From contig DAHUXY010000067.1 of NCBI GenBank assembly GCA_027315505.1, forward strand, positions 1 to 38,821: a stretch of 38,821 bases of DNA, in the 5' to 3' direction. Below the pieces are notes generated by a model. That model was not told where the DNA came from. It searched no databases and saw only the letters and a list, made by a program, of their open reading frames with translations. The first letter of the stretch is position 1; each line of letters opens with the position of its first letter. Below are positions 38,759-38,821 of the stretch, one piece after another. This DNA is from Vulcanimicrobiota bacterium. GTDB lineage: Bacteria; Vulcanimicrobiota; Vulcanimicrobiia; Vulcanimicrobiales; Vulcanimicrobiaceae. The position numbers were made by a program, and so were the translations under genes.

Positions 38759-38821
38759 TTATTTCCCGACGGCCTGCTTTGCCATATTGAGGAGCGAGCC
38801 GAACGCCTTGGAATCGGAGAT
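38759..38821 (-). CDS. 3' end of an unidentified gene (only 20 codons in the window)
   Basis: The minus-strand frame is open from the window edge: ISDSKAFGSLLNMAKQAVGK followed by TAA (38759..38761), with the terminator hairpin downstream. It is too short to assign. Confidence 0.4.
   Translation of the reverse strand: MSDSKAFGSLLNMAKQAVGK

Overview
High-G+C, very tightly packed bacterial chromosomal segment made up almost entirely of core housekeeping genes. No mobile elements, CRISPR arrays, rRNA or tRNA genes were recognised. Left to right: the end of a dcw cell-wall cluster (murG-murC-murB-ddl); a convergent DUF5069 gene; citrate synthase abutting hisB-hisH-hisA; a convergent membrane-protein/alr pair; groES-groEL behind a sigma-70-type promoter and a CIRCE-like operator; korA-korB (2-oxoacid:ferredoxin oxidoreductase); a minus-strand block with a DUF4870 membrane protein, amtB, an APC permease, an alpha/beta hydrolase and a Zn-ADH; a less G+C-rich islet with two unassignable envelope proteins; a CIRCE-preceded hsp20-lon operon; a minus-strand cobalamin-binding-domain protein translationally coupled to a DHA2 MFS transporter; a class-V aminotransferase; a delta-9-type acyl desaturase; the minus-strand operon small membrane protein-trmH-[long leader]-pheS-pheT-cvpA-alkA; a Nudix hydrolase and a small hypothetical; and a minus-strand ECF sigma/anti-sigma pair followed by a beta-lactamase-fold protein that has lost all three catalytic motifs. 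Synteny (trmH-like gene-pheST-cvpA) and the CIRCE operators look Terrabacteria/Firmicutes-like, but the lineage cannot be assigned from sequence alone. The candidates most worth follow-up are: (i) the CarH/AerR-type B12 sensor module lacking a DNA-binding domain and coupled to an MFS exporter; (ii) the ECF sigma/anti-sigma/pseudo-beta-lactamase operon; (iii) the roughly 360-nt structured pheS leader, which ends in an intrinsic terminator but has no canonical T-box on the sense strand; (iv) CIRCE control of hsp20-lon. Many long Arg/Ala-rich ORFs in the six-frame track are antisense or out-of-frame artefacts of high G+C and were not called. All family assignments rest on motifs read by eye from the translations; no database search was run.
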